Shown in pieces: positions 38,761-50,713 of a DNA stretch of 64,000 bases. Positions within the stretch are counted from its first letter, which is position 1, and every line of letters begins with the position of its first letter. The position numbers and the translations under genes were made by a program. This stretch comes from Eledone cirrhosa (lineage: Eukaryota), in NCBI GenBank assembly GCA_964016885.1, contig OZ024744.1, forward strand, positions 21,328,001-21,392,000, written 5' to 3'. The notes beneath the pieces were generated by a model. The model saw nothing but the letters and a program-made list of their open reading frames with translations. It ran no database searches and was not told where the DNA came from.

Positions 38761-39976
38761 TCATTTCCTTTCTTTAATCAGGAATGATGGAAATACATTT
38801 TCTTTTCTTTAATTTATCGGTTTTATGTGAAGAGAGAAGCTATTTCATGTGAGGGTAGAAGATGTTCTTATAGATAATAGAGCTGTTCTTATAGAGCCTC
38901 CATAATACCCATCGTCCTCCTTGATCGACGAGTTTGACGCTGTGGTGTCCCTTGAATAATTTCATAGTGATGGCCGCAGTAAAATCCAAAGAAATTTCTT
39001 ATTTTAGAAATAACTCTCAAACCTTCTACAGTTCTTTGGTTACACTCGTACACTCGATACACTCGATACACTCGATAAGGACTGATCTAGGGCTAAACAA
39101 CAACAAACAAGTATATCTACATAAACATTAACACAGTTTTAATTGAGAATTCAAGGAGCCTGATTGATACCATAAAGACTATTAGTTCATTGCTATAACG
39201 TTTCTGCCAAAAGTACAAAATTATTTAACATAGAATCGCTGGTGTACATGTGTGTGTATGCTATTTGGTAAAATAGAATCGTGAGAAGAAAGTAGAACGT
39301 GATTTTCACTTTATCTTTGTTGTTCGTTGTGTATTCGGTTGTCAAATTTCTTTCATCACACATTCTGCGACCACCACAATAACTAAGTTTTCTGCCAAAT
39401 CCTGAATAAAGTCTGATTTGTTTACTAATTCCTTTGTTTAGTCTGTGAAACGTAGGAATACGAGAACAGCAGAGTTATATTTCTGACCTTGTGCCAAAGG
39501 TAATAAACCAAAATTATCAACCAACGTGATAGCTGTTACGAGATTGTTTTGTTTGCTAAAAATAGTCACCAAATCACACTCTTATCAAATACACACTGAC
39601 TTTTTAAAAGGATGAAAGGGTACATTGAAGAATGTAATCCAAGATACACTATATTCGAAGGAAAATAGGGTCACCACCCTCAATGCTTTTGATGGTAAGT
39701 TTGTTGGTTCAGAAACGACCAGGAGTTAAACAACGACAGAGAAAATCTTAAAAGTTATTTAAGAGCAAAACTAAAAGTACACATATTCTCTGACCCATAT
39801 ATATGTTCAATTAAATATTTATCTCTCGCTTCAACCAGATTTTGTCTACTTAAGAGAAATCAATAGAAAACTCTAAAATGTGTACGAGCTAATGAGATAT
39901 GACCGTAAGTGGCTCATGCCGCCATTTTCTTAAACATAACTTCTAACAAACCCTATTGGTGCAGACATGGTAATGC

Positions 39977-40545
39977 TGTAAGGAATATATATATATATGT
40001 CTAATGGTAGCTAAGACGCTTCCATAGGCGGTATGCCAGTTGAGCACTCTATGCTCCTACGGAGCAGAGTATGATATAATGGAAAACGAAAAATCAGTGA
40101 TGCTTCAGAATTCAATGTATTGTGTGTTACAATTGTCTCCCCGGCGAACAGCTCGAGGTGCGATCTGTGTGTGGATCGACCTGACTCTGGACTCGCAGGT
40201 TCCTCGGACACGTCTATTGATTTCGGAGCATATACTCTTTCTGGGGTTTCTGACCCTACAAATCTATATCATCCACCTTCATCCGTTTTGCGCGTCCTTG
40301 GGTTGGTCACTGGTTAGTGACGTCATCATTATCCTGACCACTGGTAACAGCCCGCTGACCATCAGAGCGTGAGCTGTCACTCACCCACTGTCCCGTCGGC
40401 AAAATTACTGCTGTTTATATACATACATACCTTAATATATTTTTCCTCTACACGTGTGCATACACACACACAGACTCGCACATATATTCTTACACATATG
40501 TATATATGTATATAGATACATCTACACACATGTATATATACACAA

Positions 40546-40580
<35 letters not shown>

Positions 40581-41010
40581 CATACATACCCCTATATATT
40601 TTTTCCTCTACACGTGTGCATACACACACACACACACAGACTCGCACATATATTCTTACACATATGTATATATGTATATACACACATCTACACACATAAA
40701 AAATATGCAAAAAATACATATAAGAAAAGCATATAAAGATGCACATTGGGCTGTATATGCAAAAATACACCTGTTGATATTATGTTGCCAACGTGGGTTA
40801 ATCCACGTATAAACACCTCAAGCAAGGCGACATATGGTGAGTTCGTGGTATTAATGTAAAGGTTATGCCCAGGCCGTATATAGAAAATGCATCCAGGATA
40901 TATAAAAAAATGTATGCAGAATATATAAAAAATACATATACCTGAATTATGTAAGAAAAGTATACAAATATACATTGGTTTGTACATGGAAAAATACATG
41001 GAGTGTTACA
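39977..41010 (-). mobile_element. Solo LTR (BEL/Pao- or Gypsy-like), 1034 bp
   Basis: TGTAA...TTACA termini with flanks TAATGC / TAATGG (5 of 6 match). Internal ~160-bp tandem duplication at 40436 and 40594. The strand is inferred from an AATACA signal. Confidence 0.65.
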
Positions 41011-41333
41011 TAATGGATAGCGTTGAGAATATGCACATACCACTTAAAAGATACATATACAAGGAGTGCGTGAACAGACCATAATGGAGCATGTCACTGT
41101 GGGTGAGATAGAGTGCCTTATTGATGTATGGTACGGGACTGAATATCCGTGGAAGTTGAGCCACCGTGTCCCGGCTCATGCGATGTCGTTGCCTAGAATG
41201 ACCTGCCGAGTCCGATAGGCAGCATAGGTTGTGTCGACTCACCCCACAGGGCATACATAGTCAACAAGGTATGGTGTCTGATCCCTTGGACTCGAGCCGT
41301 CGCTCGGACAGGCGTCCGCTTCCCCGCATGTCT

Positions 41334-41580
41334 TTAGCTTGGGCTGTCAGGTTGTGTCCATGTGGAGAATGTACACCTTCTCTGGTGTTTGCTCGTCATG
41401 ATAATCTCCGATTTCAGGTTGACCGCATCATTGTTCAATCTGACTATCTCCATGGCCTCGGATAGGCATAGCCTACACTTCCTATTTCCAGCTGAATATG
41501 CATTTGCATGTTAAACGATACTCCAGTTGAGATCATAGGGGGTGCCATTGTCTTTCAAGTCCCATATTACTCCGCCAGCC
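41334..41580 (-). pseudogene. Penelope-like element (Neptune-type) GIY-YIG endonuclease C-terminus
   Basis: IWDLKDNGTPYDLNWSIV*HANAYSAGNRKCRLCLSEAMEI...VNLKSEIIMTSKH matches the IWxLK...WSI...Y....CxLCLxE...LNxRSE...CRH signature. Confidence 0.82.
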
Positions 41581-41649
41581 TATATATATAGGTGGACAGT
41601 CTCTCTTCGTCAATAGTTAACTACCGGTCATTGATGTTTCGGCACATTA

Positions 41650-41840
41650 GTGGATTGGCAGTATTGGTAGAACATCAGACACCATGCTTTGCGGCATAGA
41701 GTTATGGCCCTTTACACTCTGAGTTCTAATGCCGTCGAGGTTAGCTTTGCTTTTCATCCTTACGGGGACGATAAAATAAAGTACCGGTAATACACTGATT
41801 TAATTGCTGGCTTTGTACCAAAAGTAGAAACAATTATTAA
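41650..41840 (+). mobile_element. Full-length tRNA-derived SINE
   Basis: A-box TGGCAGTATTGGT, B-box GAGTTCTAATGCC, plus core and tail as at 33833. Confidence 0.9.
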
Positions 41841-42084
41841 CTATACATCTATCCGTAGGGCCCATAGCCTTTTATCTATCAAAAGGCCACTAGGGAGAGA
41901 AATAAAAGAAGAAAGAGAGAATAAAAAAAGGAAAAAAAACCCTCTTTTTTCCCCTTTTTTTTTCTTAGTTAATAATTCACCGAAACATCCGTGACTCGTA
42001 GTAATCTTCTGCCGAAGGGAGACTGTCCACCTCTTGTTTGTGTCACCTTATCTTCTAACACAGCCCCTCCTCTCATCAATATAT

Positions 42085-42177
<93 letters not shown>

Positions 42178-42305
42178 TATTTATATACATATACATATAC
42201 ATATATATATATATGTGTGTGTATGTGTGTGTGCGTGTGTGTGTATCCCGGGTTAAATCGGAGGTAACCACAGCAAGGTACTTAATACATAGCAAAGTGT
42301 AAATG

Positions 42306-42426
42306 TTTAATATAGAAATGGCTTCTACAGGACTAGAACTGTTTCATTCGAAGGAAATCATCAGTAAAGAACTGATGATTTCCTTCGAATCAAACAGTTC
42401 TAGTCCTGTAGAAGCCATTTCTATAT

Positions 42427-42430
<4 letters not shown>
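42306..42430. repeat. Near-perfect palindrome (60-bp arms, 5-bp spacer) with a hammerhead-like CTGATGA..GAAA at its centre
   Basis: Arms 42306-42365 and 42371-42430 with one mismatch. Confidence 0.9.
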
Positions 42431-42495
<65 letters not shown>

Positions 42496-43156
42496 AACAT
42501 TTGTTTTCACTCTTAACATGATAGATATCTAAATGCATTCGTGAGTGAATAATGATATTACGATAATAGTAATATTATGAGTAAACAGCTTCATAAAGAA
42601 ATTTAATTTTTGGCAAAGCCGACCGTAAAATTGCTCGACATGCAAATTAGGCTAATCAGCCAATGTATACATTTGAGAATACTTTGTATTCTCACCAGTT
42701 CTAGATATATAAATAAATAAATAAATAAATTAATAAATAAATAAAGTATTTTATGGTAGTGGATATGGTTGCTTTAAACCGGAAACTGTCAAAATTATTC
42801 ACTGAACCGTCCAAGACAAAGAAATTCAACATGGACGCCATCCTGAGCTCTTAAGATTCATAATGTGTGACAAGTCAGATATTTATTGGAAAAATATTTT
42901 ACACAGATGAAGTTTCGTTTCCAATCACAGTAGTTTTATAATATCACAGAGCATATATAAAAATGAATAAAAATAACCAGGATTAAATCACATGAAAGCA
43001 CCTATTGATACATCCTTGAGTAAAATTACACATTCATGTTCACCAGATCCGACACAGAGGAACCAAACTCCCATTGTCATCACCTCCACCTCTCCCGCCC
43101 TTCTCATCTCTCGCTATTATAGGCAAATGGGGGCCCACACGCTGGTCGCCCCGCGG

Positions 43157-43876
43157 TCAGCCGGATGGAATAGAGAAACCGTTTCCCCGGAGCATGGTGA
43201 AGGAGATACGCTGGGAGAGCCATTCTAGCTCATGAGGCTCAAACCTCGGGTAGCCAACTTTGTGCCGATGGTGGTGAGTAGGGAGGTAGCCCTAGAACCA
43301 AGGACACCAGAAGTCTCCACTGTTACGAGTAGCCAACTTTGTGCCGATGGTGGTGATTAGGGAGGTAGCCCTAGGACCAAGAACACCAGAAGTCTCCACT
43401 GTTACAGGTAGACAACTTTGTGCCGATGGTGGTGAGTAGGGAGGTAGCCCTAAGGCCAAGGACACCAGAAGTCTCCACTGCTACGAGTAGTCAGCTCTGC
43501 GCCTATTGTGGTAAGTAGGGAGGTAGCCCTAGGGCCAAGGACACCAGAAGCCTCCACTGTTACAGGTAGACAACTTTGTGCCGATGGTGGTAATTAGGGT
43601 AACAGCCCTAAGGCCAAGGACACCAGAAGTCTCCACTGCTACTGGTAGCCAGCTCTGCGCCTATTGCGGGGAGCAAGGAGGTAGCCCTAAGGCTAACACT
43701 GATACGGCCATGACTTCAAACCTGTCGGAGTGCGACCGATATTTGGAAAGATTACTCTGCTCAGTCCGAAGTGCAGTAGGACCTGGATTAGTTGCAGTCG
43801 GCACCAGGTTGCCGCTGGAGCATGTGTCGCAGCAAGTGGCATCCCAGACGAGGGGTTTACCACCGCGGAACAGTTT
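43157..43876 (-). mobile_element. CRE/R2-superfamily non-LTR retrotransposon 3' fragment (restriction-like endonuclease domain)
   Basis: GKPLVWDATCCDT...SKYRS...PVAVETSGVLG.RATSLLTTIGTKL...EWLSQRISFTMLRGNGFSI* matches the recalled GKxLVWDATCxDT...KY...PVAVETLG...FLFQRLSIAIQRGN signature. Confidence 0.85.
43250..43697 (+). repeat. 79-bp tandem repeat, about 5.7 copies, inside the CRE endonuclease coding sequence
   Basis: Unit starts at 43251, 43330, 43409, 43488, 43567 and 43646. Confidence 0.97.
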
Positions 43877-43927
43877 ACTTAATGCAAGAAACTTCGCTGC
43901 TGTTAATGTTGAGGATGTTGGTATTGA

Positions 43928-43958
<31 letters not shown>

Positions 43959-44262
43959 ATTGTTGGTGGTGGTGGTGGAGATGGTGGTGTGTTGCTGCTG
44001 CTGCTGGTGGCATTGCTGGTGCTGGTATTACACTATGGCTGGTAGTGGTGTAGATGGTGGAGTAAGGTTGTTGATGTTGCTAATGGTGTCGGTGATGTTG
44101 GTGATGTTGGTGCTGCTGCTGCTGACGGTGGCGATGGTGCAGTACTCAATAGAGAACCGCCATTGATCTGGGTGTGTCTAAAAGAGTCGGAAATACGAAT
44201 TCTAATAATTTTCAAACATGGAATGTTGACGTACAAGAGACAATGTCATGGGTGAGTGAATA

Positions 44263-45869
44263 TAGTGGTGGTGGTGGTGGTGGTGGTGTTGATGGTGGTG
44301 GTGGTGGTGGTGGTGGTGGTGGTGGTGGTGGTGGTGTGGTGGTGGTGGTGGTGGTGGTGGTGGTTGTGGTGGTGGTGGTGGTGTGGTGGTGGTGGTGGAG
44401 GCGGTGGTGGCGGTTGTGGTGGTGTGGTGGTGGTGGTTGTGGTGGTGGTGGTGGTGGTGGTGGTGGTGGTGGTGGTGGTGGTGGTGGTGGTGGTGGTGGT
44501 ACTGGTGGTGGTGGTGGTGGTGGTGGTGGTGGTGGTGGCGGTTGTGGTGGTGGTGGTGGTGGTGGCGGTTGTGGTGGTGGTGGTGGTGGTTGTGTTGGTG
44601 GTGGTGGTGGTGGTGTGGTGGTGGTGGTGGTGGCGGCGGCGGCGGTGGTGGTGGTGGTGACGGTGGTGGTGGTGGTGGTGGTGGTGGCGGTGTAGTGGTG
44701 GTGGTGGTGGTGGTGGTGGTGGCGGTTGTGGTGGTGGTGGTGGTGGTTGTGTTGGTGGTGGTGGTGGTGGTGTGGTGGTGGTGGTGGCGGTGGTGGTGGT
44801 GGTAGTGGTGGTGGTGGTGGTGGTGGTACTGGTGGTGGTGGTGGTGGTGGTTGTGTTGGTGGTGGTGGTGGTGGTGTGGTGGTGGTGGTGGTGGTGGTAC
44901 TGGTGGTGGTGGTGGTGGTGGTGGTTGTGTTGGTGGTGGTGGTGGTGGTGTGGTGGTGTTGGTGGTGGTAATGGTGGTGGTGGTACTGGTGGTGGTGGTG
45001 GTGGTGGTGGTGGTTGTGTTGGTGGTGGTGTGGTGGTGGTGGTGGTGATGGTGGTGGCGGGGTGGGGTTGTGGTGGTGGTTGTGGTGGTGGTGGTTGTGT
45101 TGGTGGTGGTGGAGGTGGTGGAGATGATGGTGGTGGTGGTGGTGGTGGTGGTGGTACTGGTGGTGGTGGTGTGGTGGTGGTGGTGTGGTGGTGGTGCTGG
45201 TGGTGGTGGTAGTAGTGGTAGAGGTGGTACTGGTGGTGGTGGTGGTAGTGGTTGTGGTGATGGTGTTGTTTTTATTGGTGGTGGTGGTAGTGGTGGTGGT
45301 GGTGGTGGTGTTCTTGTTGGTGGAGGTAGTGGAGGTGGTAGTTGTGGTCGTGGTGGTAGTGATGGTGGTGGTGGTAGTAGTGGTGGTGGTGGTGCTGGTG
45401 TGGTGGTGTTGTCGTGGTGGTGGTGGTGGTGGTGGTGGTGGTGGTGATGGTGGTGGTGGGGTGGTGTTGTGGTGGTGGTTGTGGTGGTGGTGTTGGTGGT
45501 GATGGTGTTGGTGATGGTGGTGGTTGTGGTGGTGGTGGTGGTGGTAGTGTGGTGGTGGTGGTGGTGGTGGTAGTGGTGGTGGTGGTGGTAGTGGTGGCTG
45601 TGGTGGTGATAGTGGTGGTGGTGGTGTTGTTGGTGGTGTGGTGGTGGAGTTGGTGGTGGTAGTGGTGGTCGTGTTGGTGGTATGGTGGTGGAGATGCTGG
45701 TGGTGGTGGTGGTGGTAGTGGTGGTAGATGTGGTAGTGGTTAGGTGGTGGTGTGGTGGTGGAGGTGGTGGTGGTGGTGGTGGTAGTGGTAGTGGTGGAGG
45801 TGATGGTGGTGGTGGAGGTGGTGGTAGTGGTGGTAATGTTGGTGGTGTGGTGGTGGAGGTGGTGGTGGT
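44263..45869 (+). repeat. (GGT)n trinucleotide tract, about 1.6 kb, imperfect
   Basis: Visible directly. Confidence 0.98.
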
Positions 45870-45960
45870 TATGATATCAACACAGATAACGAGTATGGAA
45901 TATAACTCATGTACAAACAGTGCTACACATGACAATAGCTAACCTACCTTCCTATTTCAC

Positions 45961-46415
45961 AACACCACCACCACCACCAACAACAACAACACGACCACCA
46001 CCACCACCATCACCATCATCTCCACCACCTCCACCACCACCACCAACCACCATCATCTCCACCACCACCACCATCAACACCACTACCACCAATACCAACT
46101 CCACCACCACGAACACCTCCACCACCACCACCGCTAATACCACTACCACCACCACCACCACCTGCGCCACCACCACTACCACCACTAGCAACATCACCAC
46201 CTCTACCACCACCATCACCACCACCACCACAAATACGACCACCACCACCACCTCAACCATGTCCACCACCACCACAATCACCACCACCACCGCCACCACC
46301 GCCACCACCACTACCACCACTACCAACATCACCACCTCTACCGCCACCACCACCATCACCCCATCTACCACCACCACCGCCACCACCACCACCACCACCA
46401 ACACCAACGCCACCA
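45961..46415 (+). repeat. (ACC)n trinucleotide tract, inverted relative to the preceding (GGT)n
   Basis: Visible directly, after a ~90-bp unique spacer. Confidence 0.97.
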
Positions 46416-46619
46416 CACACACACATGCACACACACACATACACTCACACACATACACTCACACACTCACACACACTCATACACACACACATACTCACAC
46501 ACTCACATATATATTCTCACGCACACACGCACACTCGCACACCCTTACTCACACTTACACTTATACACACTCACATACACATATATATATAGATTATGTT
46601 ATATTATTTATGTATATAA

Positions 46620-46727
46620 TCTGCCGAGGTTAACTTTGCCTTTCATCCTTACGGGGTCGATAAAATAAAGTACCAGTAATACACTGGATAATTGCTGGCC
46701 TTGTGCCAATAGTAGAAACAATTATTT
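46620..46727 (+). mobile_element. 5'-truncated tRNA-derived SINE
   Basis: GCCGAGGTTAACTTTGCCTTTCATCCTTACGGGGTCGATAAAATAAAGTACCAGT...GAAACAATTAT. Confidence 0.9.
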
Positions 46728-47600
46728 ATGTATGTTTCTTTGTATCTGGATAAGATCTGTGTTTACGTCTATTTTCCTGTATCTTCTCCCTTCAGAATAT
46801 CCCTCATATCATCCTCCATCAACTACATATACACATTGAGTTTTGTATAAAACTATTTGGCAAAATATCTATACTTTATTTTTAATATATCAAAATTGTA
46901 ATGATAATATAATTGAGAAATGACAATCGGTCAATCTTGAAGCTCCTTATGGTAAACAATATTCATAGTGTAATTGTTTGTTGATGTTCAAATTAATATA
47001 TACAAAACCACGTTTATGGTATAAATGAAGTCGTAGACTAATATTCTATAACCTCTTATATAACTAACTGCATGTGATTTATATCTTACCTTTCTTATAT
47101 ACCCAGTACATGCTGTCAAGTGGTTGGTGATAGGAAGAGTATCTACCCGCAGAAACTAGGGTTTGGAAAGACCCTTCAGTTTATGTAAAAAAACACAACT
47201 TCTTCTCTGTACTCCATATGACCATACGAAAGCGGGATAAATGCACCTCAGTCTGTCTGAGATTTCTGTAGTACCGCATCAGTATTGACAGGGTCAATGT
47301 AGACTCCCCACAAAATGATGCTGGCTGTTAAAGCAGACGTTAGATGTTGATGTATGATCATAAGAATAGATATCAGTGTTTAATGGTTTTAGTTAGTCAC
47401 CTGCGTTAGTTTTCTAACCCCCCAACACACCTGGCCCTTTCGGTGACTTTATTGCAGTCTACTCTGAGATAACTGTTCAAGTTCGGTTTGCCGCTTCCTC
47501 CTGCACTCCAAACAGTGCCGGAGTTCTCTAAGATTGTCATCACCACTGCCCTTACCTACCTAGCTTAACACTAATGAAAAAAGAAAGATAACTTTATACT

Positions 47601-47709
<109 letters not shown>

Positions 47710-48000
47710 AAAACTATATTTATAAAACAATATTTATTTTATTATACATATTTCAAGGGCAACCAAGGCAAATTATGGTGCGCTTTCATCAGATAAAATA
47801 CAGATTTGATTTATAAATAAATATTGGCATACCCGGAAAAAACTCCAACCTTAACGGTTGGAGTTTCCTGGATAGTGTTGAGTGCTTTATACAGTTATAA
47901 AAATGTTTCAGCTTGTTAAATCCCAACAAATTAAATATAACCTCTGCATATATATATATATATATATATAGTAATAATAATAAATGTATGTGTCTGTGTC

Positions 48001-48136
<136 letters not shown>

Positions 48137-48240
48137 CGTGCGTGTGAGTGTGTGTGTGTGTGAAAGGTAAACAGAAATAAGAACACATTTTGTACAGTAT
48201 ATCGAGGGAATATATTAGGTTAGCGCTTAAAATAGCAGGA

Positions 48241-48277
48241 TTCTAACGTTTCAGACGCTAGTTCCTCACCAGAAGAA
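48241..48277 (-). ncRNA. Decayed minimal type I hammerhead
   Basis: Minus: TTCTT-CTGGTGA-GGA..TCT-GAAA-CG-TT-AGAA. The core has an A-to-G change, and stem III is the palindromic AACGTT. Confidence 0.4.
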
Positions 48278-48338
48278 AGAATGATAAATTAGAAAGATTG
48301 ATGCGACGGGTAGAGGGGAATCGGATGAGGGGACGGGT

Positions 48339-48445
<107 letters not shown>

Positions 48446-48478
48446 AGAGAGAGATAAAATGACGAGCTGTGTGGTTGC

Positions 48479-48550
48479 AATTGAGTATAATGAAAAATGA
48501 AAGTTACGGGCGATCTCCCGTAACTTTTATTTTTTTCATTATACTTAATT
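48479..48550. repeat. Palindrome with ~32-bp arms and a 6-nt loop, just upstream of a hammerhead
   Basis: AATTGAGTATAATGAAAAATGAAAGTTACGGG-CGATCT-CCCGTAACTTTTATTTTTTTCATTATACTTAATT. Confidence 0.85.
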
Positions 48551-48600
48551 TTTCATTATATATATATGGATTCTGTCGATCGATTGGTTATTGATTAGGC

Positions 48601-48718
48601 CATACCCGCTGATGAAGCCGCATAAGCCGATTGTGCATTGTTGCATAATATATGCAGACAGATGGTGCAGTGCACCTTACTGCTGCATTGGTGCGGCAGA
48701 AACTCGAGTCCCGGAACC
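48601..48718 (+). ncRNA. Type I hammerhead with palindromic minimal stem III and a large stem II insertion
   Basis: CTGATGA (48609-15), GCCGCA...TGCGGC stem II, GAAA (48699-702), CTCGAG, TC (GUC site at 48710). Stem I is only partly paired. Confidence 0.6.
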
Positions 48719-48859
48719 TTATATGCACCCGTTTTACGTGTGTTGTGTTGAGGCAAATAACTATGTGTATACTCTGGTAATGTATCTTACATTGCCCATT
48801 GAGAACGCTGAGATACAACCGGTACTGGCATTGATAAATATGGTGGGTCCGTCAACCCT

Positions 48860-48939
<80 letters not shown>

Positions 48940-49339
48940 ATATATATATAGAGAGAGAATGTATATACATATATTAACAAATTGCAGTAATGTAACTGCA
49001 GTTAGCTGTTCAGGGTGCACACATTTAGTTAATATCAGTTACGGTGGCTGTGTTTTGGCAAAGATAAAAGTAAATATCTGACTTCAATAGATAGGAACAT
49101 GTCATGAAACTTCATTTTAATAAAATAGACATGATCATGCACATACCTGTGTAGGGAGACTTGGATTATACTTAAATTTATGAAATTAGAGTAATGTACT
49201 GTATGAAAAATATGGAAACGAATTTCAGGAAGAAAGAAAGCTAAATAAAACATATATTTCTTCAATATATGTACAACCTTGCTGTTTAAGGTGCTACGTT
49301 CATAATCGGCACGAACTCGATTCCAGAACCGGGTGGCCA

Positions 49340-49566
49340 TCGTTTTCCAGAGAGATAATTGTTTCTACATTTAGCACAAGACTAGTATTTTGAAGGGAAG
49401 GGAAAAGTCGACTAAATCGACCCCAGTGCATTACTGGTACTTTATTTTATCGACCTCGTAAAGATGAAATGCAAAGCTAAACTTGGCGGGATTTGAACGT
49501 TTCGGGCCGTAAATCTATGCCATGAAGCATAGTGTCCGATGCTCTGCCGATACTGCCAATACACCG
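49340..49566 (-). mobile_element. Full-length tRNA-derived SINE
   Basis: Reverse complement of the A-box TGGCAGTATCGGC, B-box GTTCAAATCC and the GTCGATAAAATAAAGTACCAGT core. Confidence 0.9.
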
Positions 49567-49574
49567 CTCTTCTT

Positions 49575-49630
49575 GGTTAGGGTTAAAGTTAGGGTTAAGG
49601 TTAGGGTTAAGGTTAGGGTTAAGGTTAAGG
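49575..49630 (+). repeat. Interstitial telomere-like hexamers (TTAGGG/TTAAGG alternating)
   Basis: About 9 hexamers visible directly. Confidence 0.85.
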
Positions 49631-50467
49631 CGGGGCTTTATAAGGATCGATTGATAATTAAAGAAAAGGTGATATATACCAAACCATGTGATTTAGTCTG
49701 CGAGAAATTCTTCCTCTTTTCATTAGAGATGGAGGGGGGATTGCCGTGAACTGCGAGATAACTTATCCAGTAGTAATGGCTAGCTCATACTGCACGGACC
49801 TATCTTATGACGTGGGCAACCCTGCTGAAGACGTGTAATAGTCCGATTACGTAAATATCCACTGAATTTTGCGTCATTTTCTGAACATTGCAGACGTAAT
49901 ATCTGCAGTTGTAAAGTTATATTACACAGAAACGATCGTCCAGGAAGGAGATATTTACTTGTGTCTCTAACTAAACACAGCCAACCGTTTACAGTAAACT
50001 GTATGCACTCTAAACAGTTGAATGCAGCTGCATTACTGCAATTCACCAGATACATTGAGTGAGAAAGATGATGGCAGGTGGACGTTGAATTTATACCAGC
50101 GATCTTTGTTTCTTTTGATATATTATACTGCCAGCTGCACTGATTTGAAACTCCTGTTTAAGGTTAGACTTTTCAATATTTCTTGTTTATGTTTCCTAAA
50201 ATTAAATTTCGAGTATTGAATATTTGACTTTGTATCACAAATCAGATTTTATTTGCTTGTATATATGTATACATGCATGGACCTCGTTATGTGTGTATAC
50301 ACATATACGAGAAGCCGGTTGAGTGCTTCGTTTTGGCGCGAATTCCTTTCTTTGAATTCAACTACCAAAACCAAGTGTTATGGTCTGCGATAGATTCTTT
50401 CTCTTTTCATTAGAGGTGGGGGTGGGATTGCTGTGAAATGCAATATATATTTACTTTTCTACACTCC

Positions 50468-50503
<36 letters not shown>

Positions 50504-50666
50504 AAAGAATTTCGTTTTCAAATATAAAAAACTGGAAAGAAGTAGGTGGAGGTGTTATATCAGCTCAAGAAACGGTAATTAATTGAATAATTTGCTCTAC
50601 GCGTAATTATATATATATAAATATACAAAATATAAAACAATCAAATTTTAGTTTAATACATTTAAT

Positions 50667-50713
50667 TGCTGAAAATTGTTTCTTCCGGACAGATGTCTGG
50701 GATCATGGGAGCA
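50667..50713 (-). ncRNA. Decayed minimal hammerhead, paralog of 56073-56119
   Basis: Minus: TGCT-CCCATGA-TCCCAGAC-ATCT-GTCCGGAA-GAAA-CAATTT-TC-AGCA. Confidence 0.4.

Noticed and set aside
43250-43697. CRISPR array, LINE promoter monomers or HDV-like ribozyme repeats
   Set aside because: There are no spacers, the HDV P1/P3 geometry does not fit, and the unit translates to a conserved RLE endonuclease segment.
44152-44251. Plus-strand exon ending at a GTGAGT donor
   Set aside because: No polypyrimidine acceptor, an unrecognised peptide and no partner exons.
44174-46633. Gly-, Pro/His- or Thr-rich protein ORFs (e.g. 577 aa on minus)
   Set aside because: Pure (GGT)n/(ACC)n repeats that are open in every frame.
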